From Mytilus californianus (lineage: Eukaryota), in NCBI RefSeq assembly GCF_021869535.1, contig NW_026262745.1:24304001-24368000 (forward strand): a DNA stretch of 64,000 nucleotides, read 5' to 3'. The position numbers were made by a program, and so were the translations under genes. Under the pieces are notes generated by a model that saw only the letters and a list, made by a program, of their open reading frames with translations, had not been told where the DNA came from and did no database searches. Positions within the stretch are counted from its first letter, which is position 1. The number at the start of each line of letters is the position of its first letter. Of this stretch, positions 52,332 through 64,000 are shown piece after piece.

Positions 52332-55300
52332 TTATGGTAAAAAAACTTCAAAAACTTCAAATTGGTTGAAAAAAATGCATGTTTATGTAAGGCTCCCCTT
52401 AATTCGAAAATCTCTATTTTCAGGCACAGGCTCATATGAATTTAACTTTTGAATAATTGTAATAAATCTGATAAATCAAATGAGTGTTCAGTTGCTTTTA
52501 ATACTTAATATATTATATTTAAGAGCATTTAAAAATCACATTTTGGCAATATTTAAATTTTTTAAGCCCAAATCTTGATAGTTGAAATTGTTTGATTTAA
52601 ACGTCAAAGTTAAACATTCAAATTTCAATATTAAAATGGCCATAGTTTCTATAATGTATATCCTATGGCCATGAAACTTGGCAAACTATCTTATAATTCC
52701 CTAAGCTTAAGTCATGCAAAGTTTTATTAGAATTGGTCAAGTCTTTCTATATTATTAGGTCCAAGGACACAGTTATCGTCATTAGATTTTCATAGTCCCT
52801 AGTGTGGACAGTGTATAACTTGCTAATTTTTTTCATACACTTTCCAAATTTATTTCTTTATATTTTATGCATAAAATATTAAGTAAGGGGATGAAATTAC
52901 ATGTTAAACAAATTTGGTAGCTGAATCTTTATGTTAAGCAGTGGTTTGGTCCAGTTAAAAAAGGTCAAAAACTAGTATGTCTGAAGCTGTCAAACTGAAT
53001 TTTAGACCCCCTTAACATAGAATTGTCAATATTTTGAGTCAGAGCTGGTAATATTTTCTATAATTTTGATATTATTTGTCTCAATAGTAGTACACTACAC
53101 TGTAAAAAAAATTTTTGAGATAGAGCAGGTGCGATATTTTTAATTTGACTTTATTGTCTAAAAGAAATGCACTACGAAATAATTGTGTTCTCGGGCCTAA
53201 GAGATGAATTCAGGAAATGTAGATTCTGTACTTTGACAACGTCCCTGAATGGTTTGCTGGTTTCAATTTGTCAAACTCAATAAAAGTAAAGGATTTACAT
53301 CTTTATTTTAAAGAATTTTTGTAAAAATGTCCCATTTTGACATTATACAGCTAGAATAAGCATTTAAAAGCAGTTTCCATTTTTAAGCCTAAGAGGCATG
53401 CTGACTTTCTATCTGACAGCTTTTTATGCTTTGATATTTGTGTTTCTATGATTAATTCAAATTCTATTAACCATTTGTGAACTCTGAATATAGAGAAAAG
53501 TAGATTATCACAGAAAAAAATGTGCAAAATGTGTTGTATTTAGACCCTGGTGGAACGGCCTGTTTAATGTATGTGAAATGTGAAGAGCTTTGTACATAAA
53601 ATGTGTAGTCCATCATAAATATTTCACTAAATATGTAAAACAAGCACTTGAAAATGATCTGTGCACCTTATCCATTTCATATACTACCTTTTTTTTTATT
53701 CTGTAGGATAGTATGTGGTTCAAATATATGCCAGTTGAGACTAAAACTGCATGCAAGTTTTCCATTGAAAAGTGAAAAACTGTGCATCAGACCATACTGT
53801 CTGCAAAAAAAGTTGAATGCAAGAGTCCTTTTGCAATTAGACTTCTTGTATCATGACATCTTAGCATAGAAATGAGCAAAAAGTAACAAATTTCCATTTC
53901 TTATAGCTTCTGTATGCATTTTTATATGTAAATATGTGCTACGGCCTAAATTGACTCGTAATAATGTTCAGTCTTACATAGCCTAAGACCATTTTATATT
54001 CATTTGGTATGCTTTTTGTTTTCTTTCCATTTAAAGTACATTTAATATATATGGAAGAATAATTTATGGTAAAAAAAACTTCAAAAACTTCAAATTGGTT
54101 GAAAAAAATGCATGTTTATGTAAGGCTCCCCTTAATTCGAAAATCTCTATTTTCAGGCACAGGCTCATATGAATTTAACTTTTGAATAATTGTAATAAAT
54201 CTGATAAATCAAATGAGTGTTCAGTTGCTTTTAATACTTAATATATTATATTTAAGAGCATTTAAAAATCACATTTTGGCAATATTTAAATTTTTTAAGC
54301 CCAAATCTTGATAGTTGAAATTATTTGATTTAAACGTCAAAGTTAAACATTCAAATTTCAATATTAAAATGGCCATAGTTTCTATAATGTATATCCTATG
54401 GCCATGAAACTTGGCAAACTATCTTATAATTCCCTAAGCTTAAGTCATGCAAAGTTTTATTAGAATTGGTCAAGTCTTTCTATACTATTAGGTCCGAGGA
54501 CACAGTTATCGTCCTTAGATTTTCATAGTCCCTAGTGTGGACAGTGTATAACTTGCTAATTTTTTTCATACACTTTCCAAATTTATTTCTTTATATTTTA
54601 TGCATGAAATATTAAGTAAGGGGATGGAATTACATGTTAAACAAATTTGGTAGCTGAATCTTTATGTTGAGCAGTGATTTGGTGCAGTTAAAAAAGGTCA
54701 AAAACTAGTATGTCTGAAGCTGTCAAACTGAATTTTAGACCCCCTTCACATAGAATTGTCAATATTTTGAGTTAGAGCTGGTAAAATTTTCTATAATTTT
54801 GATATTATTTGTCTCAATAGTAGTACACTACACTGTAAAAATCTTTTTGAGATAGAGCAGGTGCGATTTTTTTAATTTGACTTTATTGTCTAAAAGAAAT
54901 GCACTACGAAATAACTGTGTTCTCGGGCCTAAGAGATGAATTCAGGAAATGTAGATTCTGTACTTTGACAACGTCCCTGAATGGTTTGCTGGTTTCAATT
55001 TGTCAAACTCAATAAAAGTAAAGGATTTACATCTTTATTTGAAAGAATTTTTGTAAAAATGTCCCATTTGACATTATACAGCTAGAATAAGCATTTGAAA
55101 GCAGTTTCCATTTTTAAGCCTAAGAGGCATGCTGACTTTCTATCTGACAGCTTTTTATGCTTTGATATTTGTGTTTCTATGATTAATTCAAATTCTATTA
55201 ACCATTTGTGAACTCTGAATATAGAGAAAAGTAGATTATCACAGAAAAAAATGTGCAAAATGTGTTGTATTTAGACCCTGGTGGAACGGCCTGTTTAATG

Positions 55301-57267
55301 TATGTGAAATGTGAAGAGCTTTGTACATAAAATGTGTAGTCCATCATAAATATTTCACTAAATATGTAAAAAAAAAGCACTTGACAATGATCTGTGCACC
55401 TTATCCATTTCATATACTACCTTTATTTTCTTCTGTAGGATAGTATGTGGTTCAAATATATGCCAGTTGAGACTAAAACTACATGCAAGTTTTCCGTTAA
55501 AATGTGAAAAACTGTGCATCAGACCATACTGTCTGCAAAAAAAGTTGAATGCAAGAGTCCTTTTGCAATTAGACTTCTTGTATCATGACATCTTAGCATA
55601 GAAATGAGCAAAAAGTAACAAATTTCCATTTCTTATAGCTTCTGTATGCATTTTTATATGTAAATATGTGCTACGGCCTAAATTAGCTCTCAATAATGTT
55701 CAGTCTTACATAGCCTAAGACCATTTTATATTCATTTGGTATGCTTTTTGTTTTCTTTCTATTTAAAGTACATTTAATATATATGGAAGAATAATTTATG
55801 GTAAAAAAACTTCAAAAACTTCAAATTGGTTGAAAAAAATGCATGTTTATGTAAGGCTCCCCTTAATTCGAAAATCTCTATTTTCAGGCACAGGCTCATA
55901 TAAATTTGACTTTTGAAAAATTGTAATAAATCTGATAAATCAAATGAGTGTTCAGTTGCTTTTAATACTTAATATATTATATTTAAGAGCATTTAAAAAG
56001 CAAATTTTTGCAATATTTAAATTTTTTAAGCTTAAATCTTGATAGTTGAAATTATTTGATTTAAACGTCAAAGTTAAACATTCAAATTTCAATATTAAAA
56101 TGGCCATAGTTTCTATAATGTATATCCTATGGCCATGAAACTTGGCAAACTATCTTATAATTCCCTAAGCTTAAGTCATGCAAAGTTTTATTAGAATTGG
56201 TCAAGTCTTTCTATTCTATTAGGTCCGAGGACACAGTTATCGTCCTTAGATTTTCATAGTCCCTAGTGTGGACAGTGTATAACTTGCTAATTTTTTTCAT
56301 ACACTTTCCAAATTTATTTCTTTATATTTTATGCATGAAATATTAAGTAAGGGGATGAAATTACATGTTAAACAAATTTGGTAGCTGAATCTTTATGTTA
56401 AGCAGTGGTTTGGTCCAGTTAAAAAAGGTCAAAAACTAGTATGTCTGAAGCTGTCAAACTGAATTTTAGACCCCCTTAACATAGAATTGTCAATATTTTG
56501 AGTCAGAGCTGGTAGAATTTTCTATAATTTTGATATTATTTGTCTCAATAGTAGTACACTACACTGTAAAAAAATTTTTGAGATAGAGCAGGTGCGATAT
56601 TTTTAATTTGACTTTATTGTCTAAAAGAAATGCACTACGAAATAACTGTGTTCTCGGGCATAAGAGATGAATTCAGGAAATGTAGATTCTGTACTTTGAC
56701 AACGTCCCTGAATGGTTTCCTGGTATCAATTTATTTGTCAAACTCAATAAAAGTAAAGGATTTACATCTTTATTTGAAAGAATTTTTGTAAAAATGTCCC
56801 ATTTGACATTATACAGCTAGAATAAGCATTTGAAAGCAGTTTCCATTTTTAAGCCTAAGAGGCATGCTTACTTTCTATCTGACAGTTTTTTATGCTTTGA
56901 TATTTGTGTTTCTATGATTAATTCAAATTCTATTAACCATTTGTAAACTCTGAATATAGAGAAAAGTAGATTATCACAGAAAAAAATGTGCAAAATGTGT
57001 TGTATTTAGACCCTGGTCAAACGGCCTGTTTAATGTATGTGAAATGTGAAGAGCTTTGTACATAAAATGTGTAGTCCATCATAAATATTTCACTAAATAT
57101 GTAAAAAAAGCACTTGACAATGATCTGTGCACCTTATCCATTTCATATACTACCTTTATTTTCTTCTGTAGGATAGTATGTGGTTCAAATATATGCCAGT
57201 TGAGACTAAAACTATATGCAAGTTTTCCATTGAAAAGTGAAAAAACTGTGCATCAGACCATACTGTC

Positions 57268-58429
57268 CAGACTTGGGGTCAATTACATTGGAATGTAATT
57301 AATTAAATTACACATTACATTGCAAAAATGATCAATTACACTAATTACCATTACACAGTTTTTGATATGTAATTAATTAAATTACAATTACTTTACTAAA
57401 GTAATTAATTAAATTACACATTACATTTGATCATAGTTTTTTCAAACAATATATATAGCATGTGAAAAAGATTCATGTAAGCTTACAACATAGTTTTAGC
57501 ATTGCATTTGATCATCATTTGCAGTTTTTAATGTTTTGTCATTTAGTCTGCATCTCTTTGGTCTGAACACTTTGCGAGCAATTCTAAATAGTCTTTCGAC
57601 AGGAGCTGATGTTGCATGTATTGCTAGATCATAAGATGTGTTGATAGAAGAGGGAATTTGTTCCTATTAACTTGCCAATACATTGAGGGGTTTATTGACA
57701 TCTCAGAAATGAAGTCATTAAATTAAACATAATATAAATTAAAAAATTATAAATAAATTTAAAAATGTCTCAATTTTTTTTTTACTTTACATTATTAAAA
57801 AGTATGCTTGTTACAATATTGAAAATGATATTTAGTACAAACAATGTATAATGTCTAAATATTAGCAATATTTTGCTAATTAGATAAAATACATGTAATA
57901 GTGGCATTGTCCCTAGGCTATTTTATTACACATTTTAATCTCATTAATTGCTGTTTGTTTTTTCAGCTGATAATTTTATTTCTATAATCCTTTTGTGTAT
58001 ACTAGTTTGACAAAACGATTGTGTGTAGTGATTTAAAATTCTAAATGAACTGTGTGATTCTCACTTTTTTTTTTAAATTATAAGAGTATTGAGCAAACCA
58101 TTCTGTATGTCAAATAAATAACATTGAAAAAAAAATAGGGAAAAAAATACAGACTTGTGTATTAAATAAGTATGTACCTGATATATTAATATTTGTAAAA
58201 TAAATGTTATTTTACAACTTATATTAACATAATTTCTAATCATTATCACCATAAAAGTGCATGTAATTCAAATGTAATTCAAAAGTAATTTAGCATTACA
58301 TGCTTTTTTCATTGTAATTAATTAAATTACCATTACATGTAATTAAAAGAATGCTCAATTACACATTACATTCAATTACATGGAACATTACACTTAATTA
58401 CCATTACATTTTCAATTACCCCATCCCTG
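57268..58429 (-). mobile_element. Second copy of the non-autonomous hAT element (1162 bp)
   Basis: Perfect 8-bp TSD ATACTGTC at 57260-67 and 58430-37. Same position in the monomer as the first copy; 10 bp shorter near the right end. Confidence 0.85.
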
Positions 58430-58682
58430 ATACTGTCTGCAAAAAAAGTTGAATGCAAGAGTCCTTTTGCAATTAGACTTCTTGTATCATGACATCTTAG
58501 CATAGAAATGAGCAAAAAGTAACAAATTTCCATTTCTTATAGCTTCTGTATGCATTTTTATATGTAAATATGTGCTACGGCCTAAATTGACTCTTACATA
58601 GCCTAAGACCATTTTATATTCATTTGGTATGCTTTTTGTTTTCTTTCCATTTAGAGTACATTAATATATATGGAAGAATAAT

Positions 58683-58990
58683 ATATCGTAACTACAATAC
58701 CCTTCCCTTTTCACGAATGTGACTTACCGAATTAGACTATTTACCGGATTTGTAATAACATAAGCAACTCGACGGGTGCCACATGTGGAGCAGGATCTGC
58801 TTACCCTTCCGGAGCACCTGAGATCACCCCAAGTTTTTGGTTGGGTTCGTGTTGCTTAGTCTTTAGTTTTCTATGTTGTGTCATCTGTACTATTATTTGT
58901 CTGTTTGTCTTTTTATTTTTGGCCATGACGTTGTCAGTTTGTTTTCGATCTATGAGTTTGACTGTCCCTCTGGTATCTTTCGTCCCTCTT
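58683..58990 (-). mobile_element. Second copy of the Helitron/Helentron-like insertion
   Basis: Offset 6659 from 52024, same insertion site. Confidence 0.7.
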
Positions 58991-60866
58991 TTATGGTAAA
59001 AAAACTTCAAAAACTTCAAATTGGTTGAAAAAAATGCATGTTTATGTAAGGCTCCCCTTAATTCGAAAATCTCTATTTTCAGGTACAGGCTCATATGAAT
59101 TTAACTTTTGAATAATTGTAATAAATCTGATAAATCAAATGAGTGTTCAGTTGCTTTTAATACTTAATATATTATATTTAAGAGCATTTAAAAATCACAT
59201 TTTGGCAATATTTAAATTTTTTAAGCCCAAATCTTGATAGTTGAAATTATTTGATTTAAATGTCAAAGTTAAACATTCAAATTTCAATATTAAAATGACC
59301 ATAGTTTCTATAATGTATATCCTATGGCCATGAAACTTGGCCAACTATCTTATAATTCCCTAAGCTTAAGTCATGCAAAGTTTTATTAGAATTGGTCAAG
59401 TCTTTCTATACTATTAGGTCCAAGGACACAGTTATCGTCCTTAGATTTTCATAGTCCCTAGTGTGGACAGTGTATAACTTGCTAATTTTTTTCATACACT
59501 TTCCAAATTTATTTCTTTATATTTTATGCATGAAATATTAAGTAAGGGGATGAAATTACATGTTAAAAAAAATGGGTAACTGAATCTTTATGTTAAGCAG
59601 TGATTTGGTCCAGTTAAAAAAGGTCAAAAACTAGTATGTCTGAAGCTGTCAAACTGAATTTTAGACCCCCTTAACATAGAATTGTCAATATTTTGAGTCA
59701 GAGCTGGTAGAATTTTCTATAATTTTGATGTTATTTGTCTCAATAGTAGTACACTACACTGTAAAAATCTTTTTGAGATAGAGCAGGTGGGATTTTTTTT
59801 TAATTTGACTTTATTGTCTAAAAGAAATGCACTACGAAATAACTGTGTTCTCGGGCCAATAAACTCATCGTAGATAACAGGATTAAAATTTAGATCTGTT
59901 TTTGTTCAGTCAATAATGAAAGTGAAATAGTGAAATAATAATTCGCTTTTAGCAACAAGTTTTGTCAAAATAAGAAACATCGCTGATGAAATAGTCACTT
60001 GGAAGTGAATAATTTGACCTCATTAAATCCGTAACTGGTGACCTTCAATTTAACTTAACCCCTTAGCTAGAGATGGGTTATGCATAAACTAGGCGTGTTC
60101 AGCTATTAAAAGGAAAAGAATATCAACATTGAAAGTGAAACAAGGGTCCACCATTTGGTTGACTGATTCGATCCACAAAAACTCATTCTTATACAGAAAA
60201 AACAATGATTAATACATTTTTAACCTATAATATGAAACTAAACAGACCTAGAAAAATCCAATTGCACGTGTTCACTATCTATTTATATCTTTATTTATGT
60301 ATATATCGGGTTATATGACCATCTGCAGTCTTCGGAGGTCACCTCGATGGTTAATTAGATGGCGTATAGACTAAAATACACACGAAATGCGGATACATAT
60401 TATCGAGTTCATGCATCGTAAATTATTTATTTTAGACTTTTCAGATTTGGATATACGTTTTAGTATGTTATAAATTAAAAATGAAAATTTGAGTCAAATC
60501 GATGAACATGAATTTGACAGATAATGCCCCCTTTAACATCAAATTGCATATTAGGCAGAATAATTTAGTGTTTTGACATGCTTAGTTTTACATTATAATG
60601 ATGAAAACAATTTTCAAAACAAAACAATTCACCAATTCACCTTTGGAGTTGGCTATGCACAAATGGATAGAAGTTATTTATATATTTGGTACTTGTATTG
60701 TTACTGCCAATCTGTTAAAAACCATCCATTATTGTATTTGATTGATTAATCAAATGATAACATGCATTTATATACTTGTTAAAGATAAATTAAAGCCCTT
60801 CGTGTTGTGTTACAAACGGTGGATGTATTTAAGTATCAGTTGAAGAAGGAATTAGAAATCACACTA

Positions 60867-62167
60867 ATGTCAAAGGTAAATTGTACATGTAAATGATCAT
60901 TTTACATTTTAAAAATTGTATTTCATAACCAAGATTTTTTGTTTTATTTCCAAGCTGATAAGTTTGCAACATTTATCACCTTCTAGGATGAAATATTCAA
61001 GTTCGAAATTATTATTTGATACACAAACACATCGAAACTATCCTTCTTTTTTATACAGAAATCGTTTAATTGAATATTTTTGTCATACTTCGGATAAACA
61101 ATTCACATTTAGATTCTAAACATGCATAGCAAACTGTTAATCTGGTATCTGTGATGAGTTAATGGTACTTCAGTAGAAATATTCAAGTTTAAGCAGTGTT
61201 GCTGCTTCAACTACATATTGAACTTCCGATCTCATTGCAAACGATATATAATTTAAAATAAAAACGTTATATCGTTTGTGCAGTTATAAAAATCGGTTAT
61301 AAAAAATAATTGTTAAGCGTATTGTGTCTAACTGTATTGTATCATGAGCTTTGGTTAATAGCTTACATCAATTAGGAGCGAGCAAAATTGTGTACCGACT
61401 TTTATTTCCTTGTTCCAGTTATTTTCATGCTGATAGCCGCTTTGTGTAGTTATTTCCTTGTTCCAGTTATTATCATGTTGGTAGCTGCTTTGTGCAGTTA
61501 TTTCCTTGTTCCAGTTATTATCATGTTGGTAGCCGCTTCGTGCAGTCTTTAAGTAAAGATATTGGGTATTATACGTAGAAAACACAATAACCAAATGCCA
61601 CAAACATTTGCGAAATGTTTAGTCAAAATATTGCGATGTCTAATATGCCTGTCTAAATGTTTGTTTTGTTTCTGCATTTTGCACCGCGATTGTCGTGTAC
61701 AATAGTAACAGTGTTTAATAGTTTGTCTTTATTGTTCACTTTAGTCTGTTGGTTGTTAATACTCAGCATATTTGTTCTCAAATTCACAGATGGAGCATTA
61801 TATCTCCTTCTAGCAAAGCATTCTGCTAAGCATGTCTTACACTTGAAGTGAGGTATAAACGTTAAATGCATCACTGTGACTTGAGAAAAAGAATAACAAT
61901 AAAAGAGATGTTCAGTTGTTTTTTAAAATGATTGTGAGGTTCCTGAATTAATAAACCATATCTTATTAGCCTGAAAAGTCTGTAGCTTTAATATGACATT
62001 GACATTTCATCTTGCAATTTTAGTTACAGTTTTCCTTCTCAGTACTGGACAGATTTATCCACGATGTTCAAAAACCGGTTGCACATCCAACTGCTGGCGA
62101 TGCTAAACGGGCTTCTTCTGCCATTGACGACATCATAAATAATGTTCCACTGATCGATGAATTAAAT
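60867..62167 (+). CDS. G6: 5' exons of a sixth family member (3' part not found in the window)
   Basis: ATG TCA AAG|GTAAAT (60867..60875) and exon 62024..62167 (TTTAG| ... AAT|GTGAGA) give MSK|LQFSFSVLDRFIHDVQKPVAHPTAGDAKRASSAIDDIINNVPLIDELN. This aligns with the first N-domain exon of G2-G5 and has the same 0/0 phases. The first exon is a best guess. Confidence 0.62.
61402..61545. repeat. 48-bp tandem repeat, 3 copies
   Basis: Unit TTATTTCCTTGTTCCAGTTATT(T/A)TCATG...GTG(T/C)AG starting at 61402, 61450 and 61498. Confidence 0.9.
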
Positions 62168-64000
62168 GTGAGATTTAATTTTGTATTAAGCATGGTCAAG
62201 TAAAACTTACAAACAACTAACAAACTATGATTCTGTTCTTGGACCTGTACAGGAAGTTTTATCTAGCACTAATTGTATATTTTTATTGTTGATATTAACC
62301 CCATATGTATCAAGTGTTAGATTAGTTTTATTGATATTAAAGAAATTTCTTGGTATTCCTAAACGGAAGATTTTATACACACAGAAGAAGTAGTATACTT
62401 AACAACAAAATTATTTTCATTTACCTGTGTATAATATGACGCAGGTTTCTTCAAAAGTGATGATTTTCTATAAATTGTTTGAAATTTCACAGTGATATCA
62501 TACTTTAACTTTGTTTAAACCTGTTTATTTACTTTTGACTTTAATTATTTATCCCTTGTAATTTTTTATTAACTGTGTATTTGCATTCAGGTGTCACAGG
62601 TCAAATTTATTCGTTCATTGTGTGTTAATTTACGTTTTTTGATTGAGTTAAGCCTTCCAATTGATATTTTATAGTGTGTTTTTCTATGTTGTGATGTTAT
62701 ACTATTGGTTCAGAAAAGGGAGAAGGTTTTGTACCATTAAAACGTTTAATCCCGCTGCAAATGTTTGCATCTGTCCTAAGTCAGGAATCTGATTACAGAA
62801 GTTTTCGTCTGTTTATGTAGTTCATACGTGTTTCTCGTTTCTCGTTTTTATATAGATTAGACCGTTGGTTTTTCCGTTTGAATGGTTTTACACTAGTAAT
62901 TTTTTGGGGCCCTTTATAGCTTGCTGTTCGGTGTGAGCCAATGCTCCGTGTTAAAGGCCGTACCTTGACCTATAATGGTTTACTTTTATAAATTGTAACT
63001 TGGATGGAGAGTTGTCTCATTGGCACTCATACCACATCTTCCTATATCTATGAAACAAATTTTAAAGATGTTACCATTAAGTAAGGCTCAGACAAAATTG
63101 CTATGTCTATCAGATGCTTTAGCTTAGGACAACATTCATCCGAAATTTATTTGATCAAAATACTGTTATTCCATTATTGGTGATTAAATGTATATTTTCG
63201 AAATATTAGGTGAACTTAGTGGTAAAATTTTCTCTCGGGGTAAAGTACAAAATCATTCAGATTCCGGCAAATGATCTTTCGACGAAGAGTGCTTTTTTTC
63301 CCATTTACTTCTTAATATATTCAGAAGGAAAATTCTTGTTACTTTTTAGACTAGAAGAGTATTTTACTTCATTAAAATGAAAATCCAAAGAAAATAATAA
63401 AAGAAATGTACAGTAACAATATTAAGAAAACACGGTATCTGCACAATTCATTTTAATAATAATAACAAAATAAAGTCAGCATGACTTAATATATAATGTA
63501 TTAGATAGTTCTTCTGGGTTGAAAACAATAATGAAATTATCCCTTTTTTTGAATGCCAGTTTGTCGAAATCAGAATTTCAAAATAGTTGGTTATGCGGCG
63601 TAAATCTTGAAAAATCTAATTTGACATGTTTCCAAATAGGTTATAATAGAAAATGTACTAAACTCCAAGAAATTTTTTAAAGTCCAAAGTAACTGACAAA
63701 AACAAAAATACATTTTAAACATGTAATGATACAATAAAAGGAATGTCTGATTTTAATTTGGTACATACACTTTTAATAGACAGAACATAGTTTTATGATG
63801 GCGCTCATTTTCGGTATTTGAAGGTATATAAGAAGTTCCATCTCTTCAATCGATCTTACAAATCCAAGTCACTATGTCATCTTTTAAATGACGAAAAAGT
63901 TCCATCAATACCTGTTGAAACCCTCACGACACTTTACATTAACTTTATCAATATGATTTAATATTTCAAAGGTGAAAGGCTTGCGAGATCTAATCAAACT

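Larger units (their letters stand above)
45510..59857. repeat. 14.3-kb MITE-bounded tandem array (1.73-kb monomer, 6.66-kb higher-order repeat)
   Basis: MITE starts at 45510 (truncated), 46091, 47823, 49553, 52758, 54491, 56222 and 59417. Spacings from 46091 on are 1732, 1730, 3205, 1733, 1731 and 3195. Confidence 0.93.

Noticed and set aside
52142-52435. 97-aa ORF repeated at 58801-59094
   Set aside because: It spans the junction between a non-coding repeat insertion and the array, and recurs only because of the duplication.
63210-63375. Possible G6 exon 3 (ATTAG|VNLVVKF...)
   Set aside because: Only the first few residues resemble G5 exon 3, and there is no suitable donor at the expected ~120 nt.

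Overview
AT-rich, intron-containing animal DNA. The dispersed repeat families look like those of a bivalve, probably Mytilus (my recognition, not a database match). Splicing short exons by hand, most of them missing or mis-started in the ORF track, gives a cluster of six paralogous genes of the Mieap/SPATA18 (mitochondria-eating protein) domain type. G1 (+) is 5'-truncated by the window. G2 (+), G3 (+), G4 (-) and G5 (+) are complete, at about 370-490 aa. G6 (+) shows only its 5' exons. G2-G5 share exon phases and one layout: a ~90-aa helical N-terminal domain I cannot name, one hypervariable linker exon (31-148 aa), then the Mieap domain. G4 and G5 are head-to-head, 610 bp apart. G2 needs a GC-AG intron. 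The last exon of G5 lies in a 2.24-kb tandem duplication. A 14.3-kb tandem array (45.5-59.9 kb) starts and ends at the termini of a TA-flanked MITE. It has 1.73-kb monomers and a 6.66-kb higher-order repeat, and carries nested hAT-derived and Helitron-like insertions. The rest is SINE, HINE and MITE fragments plus mini- and microsatellites. No rRNA, functional tRNA or CRISPR array was found.
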